A stretch of 13,624 bases of DNA from Candidatus Rokuibacteriota bacterium (GTDB taxonomy: Bacteria > Methylomirabilota > Methylomirabilia > Rokubacteriales > DASRDR01). The position numbers were made by a program, and so were the translations under genes. This document shows positions 1 to 8,361 of this stretch, one piece after another. Positions within the stretch are counted from its first letter, which is position 1. The number at the start of each line of letters is the position of its first letter. The DNA is taken from assembly GCA_044866005.1 (NCBI GenBank), contig JBIOTN010000052.1:1-13624 (forward strand), given 5' to 3'. Under the pieces are notes generated by a model. It was given only the letters and a program-made list of their open reading frames with translations, ran no database searches and was not told the origin of the DNA.

Positions 1-83
1 CGGACCTCGAGCGAGAGGTCCCGCACCGCCGCGACGTCGGCGCCGAACCGCTTGCCCAGACCCTTCAGCACCACGTCCGCCAC
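1..83 (-). CDS. ABC transporter ATP-binding protein, 5' fragment (runs off the window)
   Basis: Manual translation from GTG at 83 gives MADVVLKGLGKRFGADVAAVRDLSLEV, a typical MalK/PotA/FbpC-type ATPase N-terminus. It starts 3 nt after the permease stop at 87. Confidence 0.85.
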   Translation of the reverse strand, partial: MADVVLKGLGKRFGADVAAVRDLSLEV

Positions 84-86
84 GGC

Positions 87-1778
87 TCAGACCTGGAGGA
101 AGCGCTTGCCCAGGAACCGCTGGCCGATCGCCACGAAGACGAGCGTGATGAGGAGGAGCAGCACGCCGAGGCTGGAGACCGCCTCCCACAGCCCCTCCTC
201 GTAGAGCGTGTAGATCACGACCGAGACCACGCGGGAGCGCGCGGTGAAGAGGAGGATGGAGGAGGAGAGCTCGCGCAGGCTCGGGAGGAAGACGAGGAGC
301 CAGGCCGACACCAGCCCCGCGCCGAGCAGGGGCGCGGTCACGTCCTTCACGGCCACGAGGCGATTCGCCCCCAGGATCCGCGCCGCGTCCTCGAGGTCGG
401 CATGCACCGTGGCCATGGCGGCGTGGCACGCGGTGTACGCGACGGGCAGGTACTTCGTGAGGTAGGCGACGAAGATGATCCAGATCGTGCCGTAGAGGAT
501 GATGGGCGGGCGGGCGTATGCGCCGAACAGGCCGATGGAGAGCACGATCCCCGGCACCGCGAGGGGCGCCAGGGCCACGAACCCGAGCAACCGGGCGCCG
601 CGGACGAGGCGGCGATGGGCGACGTACGCGATCCCGGCCATGAGGAGCGTCGCCAGAGTGGCCGTGACCACGGCCAGGACCAGCGTGTTGACGATGGCCG
701 AGCGCGTCGGGTCGTACTCGAAGAGGACGAAGCGGAAGTTCCGCAGCGTGAGGTTCTGCAGGCTCCAGCCGAGTCCCCACGCCTTCGCCAGGGCCGCGCG
801 CATGAGCGCCACGTACGGGAGGACGATGGCGCAGCCCAGGACGACGGCACAGCCGGCCAGCGCCACCCAGCGCCAGGGGCCGAGGACCACGGGCCGGGCG
901 GCGGCCGCGCGCCCGCCGACGGTGGTGAAGCCGCGGCGCCCGAGGAGCCGGCGCTGCGCCCACAGGAGCCCGATCGCGGCCAGGAGGAGCGGCATGGCGT
1001 AGGCCGCCGCCACCTCCACCTTGGGCGGGTAATGGAAGAAGGCCCAGATCTGCGTCGTCATCACGTGGAAGCGCGCCGGCAGCGCGAGCATCGCGGGCGC
1101 GCCGAACAGCACCAGCGTCTCGAGGAACGCCAGGATGAAGCCGGCCAGGATCGCCGGGACCGCCAGCGGCAGCGTCACGTCGCGCATGACGTGCCATTTG
1201 CCCGCGCCGGCGATCCGCGCCGCCTCTTCGAGGTCGGGGGGCGTGGCGGTGAGCGCCGCCCCCGTCAGGATGAACACGGTCGGGAACGTGTAGAGGGCCG
1301 TGACGAAGATGAGCCCCGGCATGGAGAAGATGTTGACGAGGGGCGCCTCGGCCCCCGTGAGCGCGCGGTAGAGCACGTTGACGAGCCCCGCGTTGGGACC
1401 GGCGAGGATGACCCAGGCGGTGGCGCCGAGGAAGGACGGGGTGACGAAGGCGGCGATGGTGAGGGTGCGGATGACGGCCTTGCCGGGCAGGTCGGTCCGC
1501 CCCACGAGCCAGGCCATCGGCGCGCCCACGAGGACGCTCAAGACGCCGACCGCGCTGGCGTAGATGAAGGAGTTCAGGATCGGTCCGCGGTAGAGCGCCC
1601 GGCCGAAGGCGGCGACGAAGTTCCCGAGACCCGGGCCGGCCGGCGTGCGGAGGCTGGCGGCGACCAGGACGCTGAGCGGCGCCACGACCAGGACGGCGAG
1701 GATCGCGGCGTCGAGCATCCAGACGAGCGGCGTGGGGTCCCACCGTCTCGTCGTCCCGCGTGGCTCGAGCGTGCTCAT
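87..1778 (-). CDS. Fe3+/thiamine-type (FbpB/AfuB/ThiP-like) ABC transporter permease with two fused membrane domains
   Basis: 563 aa and highly hydrophobic, with two EAA loops (DLEEAARIAGA, DLEDAARILGA). Lies between a binding protein and an ATPase. Substrate unknown. Confidence 0.92.
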   Translation of the reverse strand: MSTLEPRGTTRRWDPTPLVWMLDAAILAVLVVAPLSVLVAASLRTPAGPGLGNFVAAFGRALYRGPILNSFIYASAVGVLSVLVGAPMAWLVGRTDLPGKAVIRTLTIAAFVTPSFLGATAWVILAGPNAGLVNVLYRALTGAEAPLVNIFSMPGLIFVTALYTFPTVFILTGAALTATPPDLEEAARIAGAGKWHVMRDVTLPLAVPAILAGFILAFLETLVLFGAPAMLALPARFHVMTTQIWAFFHYPPKVEVAAAYAMPLLLAAIGLLWAQRRLLGRRGFTTVGGRAAAARPVVLGPWRWVALAGCAVVLGCAIVLPYVALMRAALAKAWGLGWSLQNLTLRNFRFVLFEYDPTRSAIVNTLVLAVVTATLATLLMAGIAYVAHRRLVRGARLLGFVALAPLAVPGIVLSIGLFGAYARPPIILYGTIWIIFVAYLTKYLPVAYTACHAAMATVHADLEDAARILGANRLVAVKDVTAPLLGAGLVSAWLLVFLPSLRELSSSILLFTARSRVVSVVIYTLYEEGLWEAVSSLGVLLLLITLVFVAIGQRFLGKRFLQV

Positions 1779-1800
1779 GGCTCTGGGATCGGCACGGCCA

Positions 1801-2826
1801 TTACACGCCGAAGAGCTCGCGGAACTTTTCCTTGATCTCCTCGTTCCGCTTCAGGATCTCCTCGGGCTCGCTCCGGATCAGCTTGAGGTCCCGGAGCGGC
1901 CGCCTGTCCTTCGGGTAGGCGACCTCGTCGTTCGGCACGTAGAGGCCGTCGTTGACCAGGAGCTGCTGCGCCTCCTTCCCGAAGAGATAGTCCGTGAAGA
2001 CCCGCGCCGCGTTCGGGTGCGGCGCTCGCGCCAGGACCGCGTTCGCCGAGGCGACGAACGGCACGCCCTCCTCGGGGAAGATGGTCTCGATGGGATTCCC
2101 TTTCTTGAGCGCGCGGTAGAGGTTGTACTCGCCCGTCACCCCGACCCACGCCTCCCCGCCGGAGACTTTCATGGGCGGGTCCTCGGCGGACTGGACGACC
2201 AGCGGGTTGTTCCGGGCGAGCGCCGCGTAGTAGTCCCAGCCGAACACGCCGAGCAGCCCGGTCATCCCGGTCAGGACCACCCCGCTGTACCCGGGATGGG
2301 CGTGGGCGAGCTTGCCCTTCCATTTCGGGTCCAGCAGGTCCTTCCATCGCCGGGGCGCCTCGCCTCGGGCGACCTTCTGCGTGTTGATCCCGATGACGTA
2401 GGGGGTGCCGCGCAGCACCGCGTAGAACCCGTCGCGGTCCTTGAACTCCGCGCCGAAGCGCTCGGACCCGGCCGGGGCGTACTTCGCCAGCATCCCCTTC
2501 GCCTTGAAGTCGAGGAAGTGCGAGATGTCGGAGGTGTGCACCACGTCGGCGATCCACAGGTTGGCCGACGCCTCCTGCATCACCTTCTGGAAGATGCGCT
2601 CGGACCCGTCCCGGTTGAGCTCGCAGGTGACGCCGAGCGCCTTCCGGTTGAAGGCCTCGCAGACCGCCTGCGCGACCGACAGACCGAGCGACGAGTACCA
2701 GACGACCTTTCCCTCCCGCCGCGCGAGATCCAGCCCGCTCTGCCCGCGCGCCGGCGTGGTCGTCCCGGCCAGCAGGAGCGCGGCCACCGTCAGGGAACCC
2801 GTCCGCCAGGTCCATCTCCTGCGCAT
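1801..2826 (-). CDS. ABC extracellular solute-binding protein (Fe3+/thiamine/AfuA-like cluster)
   Basis: Start revised to ATG 2826, which has an AGGAGG RBS upstream. Signal peptide MRRRWTWRTGSLTVAALLLAG. Family motifs AR-EGKVVWYSS, P--WKDLLDPKWKGK and APHPNAARVFTDYL. Confidence 0.9.
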   Translation of the reverse strand: MRRRWTWRTGSLTVAALLLAGTTTPARGQSGLDLARREGKVVWYSSLGLSVAQAVCEAFNRKALGVTCELNRDGSERIFQKVMQEASANLWIADVVHTSDISHFLDFKAKGMLAKYAPAGSERFGAEFKDRDGFYAVLRGTPYVIGINTQKVARGEAPRRWKDLLDPKWKGKLAHAHPGYSGVVLTGMTGLLGVFGWDYYAALARNNPLVVQSAEDPPMKVSGGEAWVGVTGEYNLYRALKKGNPIETIFPEEGVPFVASANAVLARAPHPNAARVFTDYLFGKEAQQLLVNDGLYVPNDEVAYPKDRRPLRDLKLIRSEPEEILKRNEEIKEKFRELFGV

Positions 2827-2860
2827 CCCGTCCCTCCTTGCCTTCGCGTGCGGCGCCGCG

Positions 2861-3670
2861 CTAGGACGGAGTCTCCCGGATCGCCACGCAGCGCGCCAGG
2901 CCGCCGTCCACCTCGACCGCGACGCCGGTGATGTAGCCCGCGACCGGCGACGCCAGAAAGACGACGAGGGGCGCCACCTCCTCCGCGGTGCCGAGCCGGC
3001 CGAGCGGAACGTTCTCCCGCCCCAGCAGCCGCGCCGCCTCCTCCACCCCGATCCCGCGCGCCGTCGCAATGGCGGCGATCCGGGATTCCCATCGGTGGTT
3101 GCGGATGAGCCCGGGACAGACGGCGTTGACCCGGATGCCGTCCGCCGCCAGCTCGCCCGCGAGACTCTCCGTGAGGTTGATCAACGCCGCCTTGCTCGCG
3201 TTCGACGCCACCTGGCCCAGCCGCGGGGTCCGGCCGGAGGCCGCGGCGATGTTCACGACCCGCCCGCCTCCCTGCGCGCGCATGACGGGGACGAGGGCCC
3301 GCGTCAGCCGGACCGCGCCGAGCAGGTTCAACTCGACCGACGCGCGCCAGGCATCGTCGTCGACGTCGACGAAGGGCCGCGCCAGCCCGCCGCCGGCGTT
3401 GTTGACCAGGACGTCGACGCGCCCGTACCGGCCCACCACCTCGTCGAGCAGCCGCCGGACGTCGTCGGCGCGCGTCACGTCCCCGACGACCGCGGAGGCC
3501 TCGCCGCCGGCCTTGGTCGCCGCGGTCACGGCCGCCCGGAGGTCCGCCTCGCCCCGGGCACAGAGGGCCAGGCGTGCCCCCTCGGCCGCGAACGCGACGG
3601 CGCAGGCGCGCCCGAGGCCGCGCGACGCCCCGGTGATCAGGACGACCTGCCCGCGGAGCCCGAGGTCCAC
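2861..3670 (-). CDS. SDR-family oxidoreductase with atypical active site
   Basis: TGASRGLG, NNAG, IRVNAVCPG and PLGRLG motifs present. The YxxxK position reads SNASK. Confidence 0.9.
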   Translation of the reverse strand: MDLGLRGQVVLITGASRGLGRACAVAFAAEGARLALCARGEADLRAAVTAATKAGGEASAVVGDVTRADDVRRLLDEVVGRYGRVDVLVNNAGGGLARPFVDVDDDAWRASVELNLLGAVRLTRALVPVMRAQGGGRVVNIAAASGRTPRLGQVASNASKAALINLTESLAGELAADGIRVNAVCPGLIRNHRWESRIAAIATARGIGVEEAARLLGRENVPLGRLGTAEEVAPLVVFLASPVAGYITGVAVEVDGGLARCVAIRETPS

Positions 3671-3715
3671 TATCCCCCGGCGCGAGGCCGCGGCCGCCGG
3701 CGGGCGGCGGGGGCC

Positions 3716-3829
3716 TCAGTAGAGGCGAAGGACCCCATAGACCAGGGCGGCGACCAGGACGGTCCCCACGATCACCGCGAGCGCCGCCACGGCGACCCGC
3801 TCGGTGACGGCCGGCGCCCGCTCAGGCAC
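3716..3829 (-). CDS. Putative 37-aa single-pass membrane protein (not in ORF track)
   Basis: GTG 3829 to TGA 3716 encodes MPERAPAVTERVAVAALAVIVGTVLVAALVYGVLRLY. It has about 23 consecutive uncharged, mostly hydrophobic residues and nearly all G/C third positions, and it overlaps the TRAP permease end by 8 nt. Confidence 0.65.
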   Translation of the reverse strand: MPERAPAVTERVAVAALAVIVGTVLVAALVYGVLRLY

Positions 3830-5714
3830 GGCGGGGCGGTCCGGCGACGGCCAGGGCGGGCACGGCCCGGAGGCGCTGGAGGGCCACGCCGACCAGGATG
3901 AGCGCGGCCCCCAGGACGTCCGTCAGGAGTCCCGGGTCGATCAACAGGATCGCCGCGGCGCCGAAGATGGCCCGCTCGAGCCAGGTGGCGGCTCGGAGGA
4001 GCTGGCCCTCGAGCGCCGCCGCGAGCACGACGGCGCCGATGGTCCCGGTCACCCCGGCGCGCACGATGTCGAGCGGATCGCCCGCCCAGAGGAGCGAGGG
4101 CGAGTAGACGAAGAAGAAGGGGACGATGAAGCCCGCGGCGGCGAACTTCACCGCCTGCCAGCCCGCGCCCCACAGGCTGCAGCGGCTGATCGAGGCGGCG
4201 GCATACACGGCCAGCGCGACGGGCGGCGTCACCGCCGACAGGCAGGCGAAGTAGAACGCGAACATGTGGGCCGCCAGCGGCTCGACGCCGAGCTTGACGA
4301 GGGCCGGGATCAGGAGCGCGGCCTGCATGATGTAGGCCGGCGTGGTCGGCATCCCCATCCCGAGGACGATCCCGGCGAGCATGGTGATGACGAGGGCCGG
4401 GATCAGGAAGCCGCCGGCGAAGGAGATGAGGAAGCTCGTGAAGCGGAGGGCGAGCCCCGTCTGGAGGACGATGCCGATCACGATGCCGGCGCACGCGGTC
4501 GCCATGGCGACCGGCACGGTGGCCTCGGCCGCCTCCCGGAGCGCCGTCACGCCTTTCCGGAGGCCGATGGCCGTCTCCGGCCTCAGCCACGAGAGGAGGA
4601 TCACGGCCGCGGTGGACACGATCGCGGCGTAGGTCGCCGTGAACCCCTGGAGGAGCAGCACCAGGATGACCAGGACGGGGATCAGGAGGTGGCCCTGCCG
4701 CCACACCGTCTGCCAGAGGCTGGGCAGCTCGTCGCGCGGGATGCCGCGAAGCCCGGTGCGCACGGCGTTCAGGTGGATCGCCGCGAACAGCGCCACGTAG
4801 TAGAGGATCGCGGGAATCGCCGCCGCGAGCATGATGCGGGAGTAGGGGACTCCCAGGAACTCGGCCATGACGAACGAGGCCGCCCCCATCACGGGCGGCA
4901 TGATCTGCCCGCCGGTGGAGGCCACGGCCTCGATGGCGGCCGCCGCCTCGGGCTTGAAGCCGGTGCGCTTCATCATGGGGATGGTCAGCCACCCGTCCAC
5001 CATGACGTTCGCCACCGCCGAGCCCGAGATGGTCCCGAAGAGGCTCGACGAGACGACCGACACCTTCCCCGGCCCGCCGCGGGAGCCGCCGGCCACGGCG
5101 TTGGCGAAGTTCATGAAGAACTGCCCCGCGCCGGACTTCTCGAGGAACGCGCCGAAGATGATGAACAGGATCACGTACGAGCCGGCCACGCCGAGCGGGA
5201 TGCCGAAGATCCCCTCGGTCGTGAAGTACGTCTGGTCGAGCAGGATCTCGACGGTCAGCCCCCGGTGGCGGAGAAAGCCCGGGAGCCAGTCGCCCAGAAG
5301 CCCGTAGGCCACGAAGCAGACCGTGATCACCGGCAGCGCGGCCCCGATCGTCCGGCGGGTCGCCTCCAGGACGAGCAGCGTGGCCAGCGCGGCGACCACC
5401 GTGTCCGCGACGCTCAGCGGGTGCGCCGTGGGGTAGCGGCTCGTGATGTAGTCGTAGTAGAGGAAGGTGTAGCCGACGGCGACGAGCGAGGCCGCGGCGA
5501 GCGCCAGGTCGGGCCAGGGCACGCGCGTCGTCGCGGCGCGCGGGCGGGCGGGGAAGAGCAGGAAGGCCAGCACGAGGCTGAAGAGCAGCGTCAGCGCGCG
5601 GAGGACCTGGCTGTCGGGCGGGAGCGACGTGAGGCGCGCGTAGAGGTGGTAGACCGACATGGCGATCGCGAGGATCGCCACGAGGAGGCCCGCGACGCCG
5701 CCGAGCCTCCTCAT
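3822..5714 (-). CDS. TRAP transporter fused permease (4TM/12TM DctQM fusion, TAXI-associated)
   Basis: 630 aa. Motifs EGIFGIP, GGPGKVSVVSSSLFGTISGSAVANV, EAVASTGGQIMPPVMGAA, LGMGMPTT and VTPPVALA. Confidence 0.95.
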   Translation of the reverse strand: MRRLGGVAGLLVAILAIAMSVYHLYARLTSLPPDSQVLRALTLLFSLVLAFLLFPARPRAATTRVPWPDLALAAASLVAVGYTFLYYDYITSRYPTAHPLSVADTVVAALATLLVLEATRRTIGAALPVITVCFVAYGLLGDWLPGFLRHRGLTVEILLDQTYFTTEGIFGIPLGVAGSYVILFIIFGAFLEKSGAGQFFMNFANAVAGGSRGGPGKVSVVSSSLFGTISGSAVANVMVDGWLTIPMMKRTGFKPEAAAAIEAVASTGGQIMPPVMGAASFVMAEFLGVPYSRIMLAAAIPAILYYVALFAAIHLNAVRTGLRGIPRDELPSLWQTVWRQGHLLIPVLVILVLLLQGFTATYAAIVSTAAVILLSWLRPETAIGLRKGVTALREAAEATVPVAMATACAGIVIGIVLQTGLALRFTSFLISFAGGFLIPALVITMLAGIVLGMGMPTTPAYIMQAALLIPALVKLGVEPLAAHMFAFYFACLSAVTPPVALAVYAAASISRCSLWGAGWQAVKFAAAGFIVPFFFVYSPSLLWAGDPLDIVRAGVTGTIGAVVLAAALEGQLLRAATWLERAIFGAAAILLIDPGLLTDVLGAALILVGVALQRLRAVPALAVAGPPRRA

Positions 5715-5751
5715 CGGGGCCGCAGGGGACGGGTCCGGCCTGCGCGACGGC

Positions 5752-5784
5752 CGGCGGCGGGGCCCGGCTCCGGGCCCGCCGCCG
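5752..5784 (-). repeat. GC-rich inverted repeat / stem-loop between the TAXI binding-protein and permease genes
   Basis: Minus strand reads CGGCGGCGGGCCCG-GAGC-CGGGCCCCGCCGCCG: a 14-bp stem with one bulged base and no U tract. Confidence 0.65.
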
Positions 5785-5799
5785 TGCTCTGGCGATCCC

Positions 5800-6780
5800 T
5801 CACTTCAGGAGGCCGATCTCCCGGTAGTACTTCGTGGCCCCGGGATGGTAGGGCAGGCCGTAGTCGTGACCCATCTCCTGGGGCGTGATGCCCTTCATGG
5901 CGGCGAAGACCGCGCCATACTGCTCCCGTCCCTCGACCATCGCCTTCGTGACCCGGTAGATGACGTCCTCGGGGGTCTTGGACGAGGCGATCAGGATGGT
6001 CGGCGACTGGAAGGTCACGATCTCTTCGTCGATCCCCTGCTCCTTGTAGGTCCCCGCGGGGATGACGTGGCGCGCAAATCCCGGATTGAGCTGCTGCATC
6101 TTCTTGATGACGTCCTCGGGCACCGGGAGGACCCGGATCCGGACCGCGGAGCCGAGATCGCGGACGAAGGTCGCCGGCACCGTCGTGAACCAGCCCATCG
6201 CGATCGCCTGCCGGTTCTTGATCAGCTCGGCGTTCTCCGTGATCGAGCCGTAGGAGACCGAGAGATCGGTGGGCTTGAGCCCGTAGAGGGCCAGCAGGTT
6301 CACCCAGCCGTCGGAGAGGCTGGTGTTGCCGCGGGGAGGCAGGGCGACGGACTTCCCCTTGAGCTGCGCGATCGTCCGGACGTCGGCGTCGGCCGTCACC
6401 ACGAGCTGCCAGACGTTCGGATACATGGTCGCGACGTAGAGGGGCTTGTCGGTCTGCTTGCCCTGCCACTGCCCCTTCCCCGTCCGAGCGTCGGACAGGA
6501 CGGTGGTCATCGACCACCCGAGGTCCGCCTTGTCGCCGCGGATCTTCTCCATGTTGACGAGCGCCGCGCCCGGCTCGACCTGGACGTCTAGGTCGGGGAA
6601 CCGCTTCTTGACGATGTCCGCCGTCGTGGCCGCCAGCGGGATCCAGGAGCCGCCGGTCGGCCCGGAGGAGAACACGAGAGAGAGCTTCGTCTGGGCGCCG
6701 GCCGGGCCGGCGCCGCCCGCCAGCGCGATGACGAGGGTCAGGGCGGAGAGCCACGGCCAATCGCGTCCCCGCGTGCTCAT
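5800..6780 (-). CDS. TAXI-family TRAP transporter solute-binding subunit
   Basis: Start revised to ATG 6780, which has a GAGGAGG RBS. Signal peptide ends at AGA-Q. Motifs SSGPTGGSW, LKGKSV, IPAGTY and PYHPGATKYYREIG. Adjacent to a fused TRAP permease. Confidence 0.93.
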   Translation of the reverse strand: MSTRGRDWPWLSALTLVIALAGGAGPAGAQTKLSLVFSSGPTGGSWIPLAATTADIVKKRFPDLDVQVEPGAALVNMEKIRGDKADLGWSMTTVLSDARTGKGQWQGKQTDKPLYVATMYPNVWQLVVTADADVRTIAQLKGKSVALPPRGNTSLSDGWVNLLALYGLKPTDLSVSYGSITENAELIKNRQAIAMGWFTTVPATFVRDLGSAVRIRVLPVPEDVIKKMQQLNPGFARHVIPAGTYKEQGIDEEIVTFQSPTILIASSKTPEDVIYRVTKAMVEGREQYGAVFAAMKGITPQEMGHDYGLPYHPGATKYYREIGLLK

Positions 6781-6827
6781 CTGGTGGTCCTCCTCTGGGA
6801 AGGGGGATTCGGTGGCGGAGTGCCCGC

Positions 6828-6833
6828 ATTGTA
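6828..6833 (-). promoter_or_regulatory. Probable -10 element (TACAAT) for the TAXI-TRAP operon
   Basis: TACAAT lies 47 nt upstream of the TAXI start in otherwise GC-rich DNA. The -35 at 17 bp (TTTTCG) is weak. Confidence 0.5.
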
Positions 6834-6886
6834 GCGCGCCAGGGACGACGCGAAAAGCCACTCCCGGGCCGCCAGGCGCGCGTCGG

Positions 6887-7606
6887 TCACCCGCGCGTCG
6901 CGTCGGCCTCGAGGAGCTGCCGGGCATAGGCCGGCGCGCGCCCGGCCTCGTCGTGCTTGAGATACGCGTAGACGTCGAGGCCGGAGGCGACCCAGGCCGC
7001 GCACCGCGCGCGCCACGCCGCGAGCGCGTCGGCGTCGTAGGCCTCGCGCCGCAGCCGGAGATAGACGAAGTCCGCCGTCACGGCCTCGGGCGCGGGCGCC
7101 TCGTCGGTCTCGGCGAGGCAGAGCGCGACGCGATGCCGGCGGAGGAGCGCGAGGGCCTCCTCGGTCAGCCAGGAGGGATGGCGGACCTCGAGGGCGAAGC
7201 GGAAGGGGGGCGGCGCGAGCTGGAAGAAGGCGTCCAGCGCCGGGAGGTCGGCGCGGAAGGACGGTGGCAGCTGGACGAGCAGCGGGCCGAGCTGGCCGCG
7301 CCCGGCCAGCACGGAGACCGGTTCGAGGAAGCGCCCCAGCAGCTCGTCGGCGTCGCGGAGCTTCCGGACGTGCGTGATCTTCTGGTTGAGCTTCAAGGCG
7401 AACTGGAAGCCGGGGACGACCCCCTCCGCCCACTCTCGGAGCGTCCGCTCGGACGGCATGCGGTAGAAGGTGTAGTTGATCTCCACCGTCCGGAAGCGCT
7501 CGCTGTAGTAGCCGAGCATCTGTCGCGCGGGCAGCCGCTCCGGATAGAAGGGACCCTTCCAGGCGGAATAGGCGTAGCCGGAGGTGCCCACGCGCAGCTC
7601 GGCCAT
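6887..7606 (-). CDS. DUF72 domain protein (YecE/YunF-like)
   Basis: Motifs RVGTSGYAYSAWKGPFYP, TVEINYTFYRMP, LGPLLVQLPPSF, ALEVRHPSW and FVYLRL. Confidence 0.93.
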   Translation of the reverse strand: MAELRVGTSGYAYSAWKGPFYPERLPARQMLGYYSERFRTVEINYTFYRMPSERTLREWAEGVVPGFQFALKLNQKITHVRKLRDADELLGRFLEPVSVLAGRGQLGPLLVQLPPSFRADLPALDAFFQLAPPPFRFALEVRHPSWLTEEALALLRRHRVALCLAETDEAPAPEAVTADFVYLRLRREAYDADALAAWRARCAAWVASGLDVYAYLKHDEAGRAPAYARQLLEADATRG

Positions 7607-7613
7607 CGCTCTT

Positions 7614-7622
7614 TGCTATCAT
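7614..7622 (+). promoter_or_regulatory. Extended -10 promoter element (TGcTATCAT) for the GNAT gene
   Basis: Matches TGn-TAnnnT, about 55 nt upstream of GTG 7677. Confidence 0.5.
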
Positions 7623-7676
7623 GGAAGCCGCCTCGGGAGCCGACTTTCTTCCCGCGGGACGCAGGAGCCGACACCC

Positions 7677-8180
7677 GTGACCATCCGCGACGCGGTGCTC
7701 GCCGACGCGCCGGCCATCTGCCGGATCTACAACCAGGGGATCCAGGACCGCGTCGCCACGCTCGAGACCGAGGAGCGCACGCCCGAGGAGCGGGCCGCCT
7801 GGCTCGCGGCGCGCGGGCCGCGGCACCCGGTCCTCGTGGCGGAGGCCGAGGGCGAGGTGATCGGCTGGGGCAGCTTGAATGCCTTCAACCCGCGCCACGC
7901 CTACGACCACGTCGCCGACTTCTCCCTCTACGTGGACCGCGCCTGGCGGGGGCGCGGCGTGGGCCGCCGGCTCCTTCAGGCCTTGATCGCCCGGGCCCGG
8001 GCGCTCGCCTACCACAAGCTCGTCCTCTCGGGCTTCCCGTGGAACGAGGCGGGCATGGCCGCGTACCGGCGCGCCGGGTTCCGGGAGGTCGGGATCTACC
8101 GGGAGCAGGGCCTGCTGGACGGCAAGTGGGTGGACACGATCGTGATGGAGAAGATTCTCGACGGCCCCCACGCCCACTGA
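7677..8180 (+). CDS. arsN1: GNAT N-acetyltransferase, phosphinothricin / arsinothricin (ArsN1 family A)-like
   Basis: Start revised to GTG 7677, which has an AGGAG RBS at 7663-7667. Motifs IYNQGIQDRVATLET, RGRGVG (acetyl-CoA binding), HKLVL and GFREVGIYREQGLLDGKWVD. The GNAT/PAT call is firm; the ArsN1 subfamily is recalled from motifs. Confidence 0.8.
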   Translation: MTIRDAVLADAPAICRIYNQGIQDRVATLETEERTPEERAAWLAARGPRHPVLVAEAEGEVIGWGSLNAFNPRHAYDHVADFSLYVDRAWRGRGVGRRLLQALIARARALAYHKLVLSGFPWNEAGMAAYRRAGFREVGIYREQGLLDGKWVDTIVMEKILDGPHAH

Positions 8181-8328
8181 GGGTCACGACGGTCGGACGC
8201 CCTCCGCCCAGGGCGCGCCGAACCAGAAGGCCGCGTCGGGCCGGACGGCCAACCCCGGAGGGCCGCGATCGCGTCGTCGGGCGCGGTCCCGTGGACGTAC
8301 TCCGACGGGCGCTGACCGGACCTATCGA

Positions 8329-8352
8329 CCGGCACTGGGGCTTCCCTGCCGG
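8329..8352. terminator. Possible hairpin just downstream of the dehydrogenase stop, in a convergent intergenic region
   Basis: CCGGCA-ct-GGG-gctt-CCC-TGCCGG. No U tract, so weak as an intrinsic terminator. Confidence 0.3.
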
Positions 8353-8361
8353 CGCACGGCG

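Noticed and set aside
1801..2826. Calling the ABC system an iron transporter (fbpABC)
   Set aside because: The resemblance is family-level only. The iron-ligand Tyr-Tyr motif is not seen and I noticed no Fur-box-like AT-rich site.
8181..8361. Possible ncRNA or riboswitch in the 181-bp convergent intergenic region
   Set aside because: Only short GC hairpins are present, with no recognisable family motif. An Rfam/Infernal search would be needed to exclude it fully.
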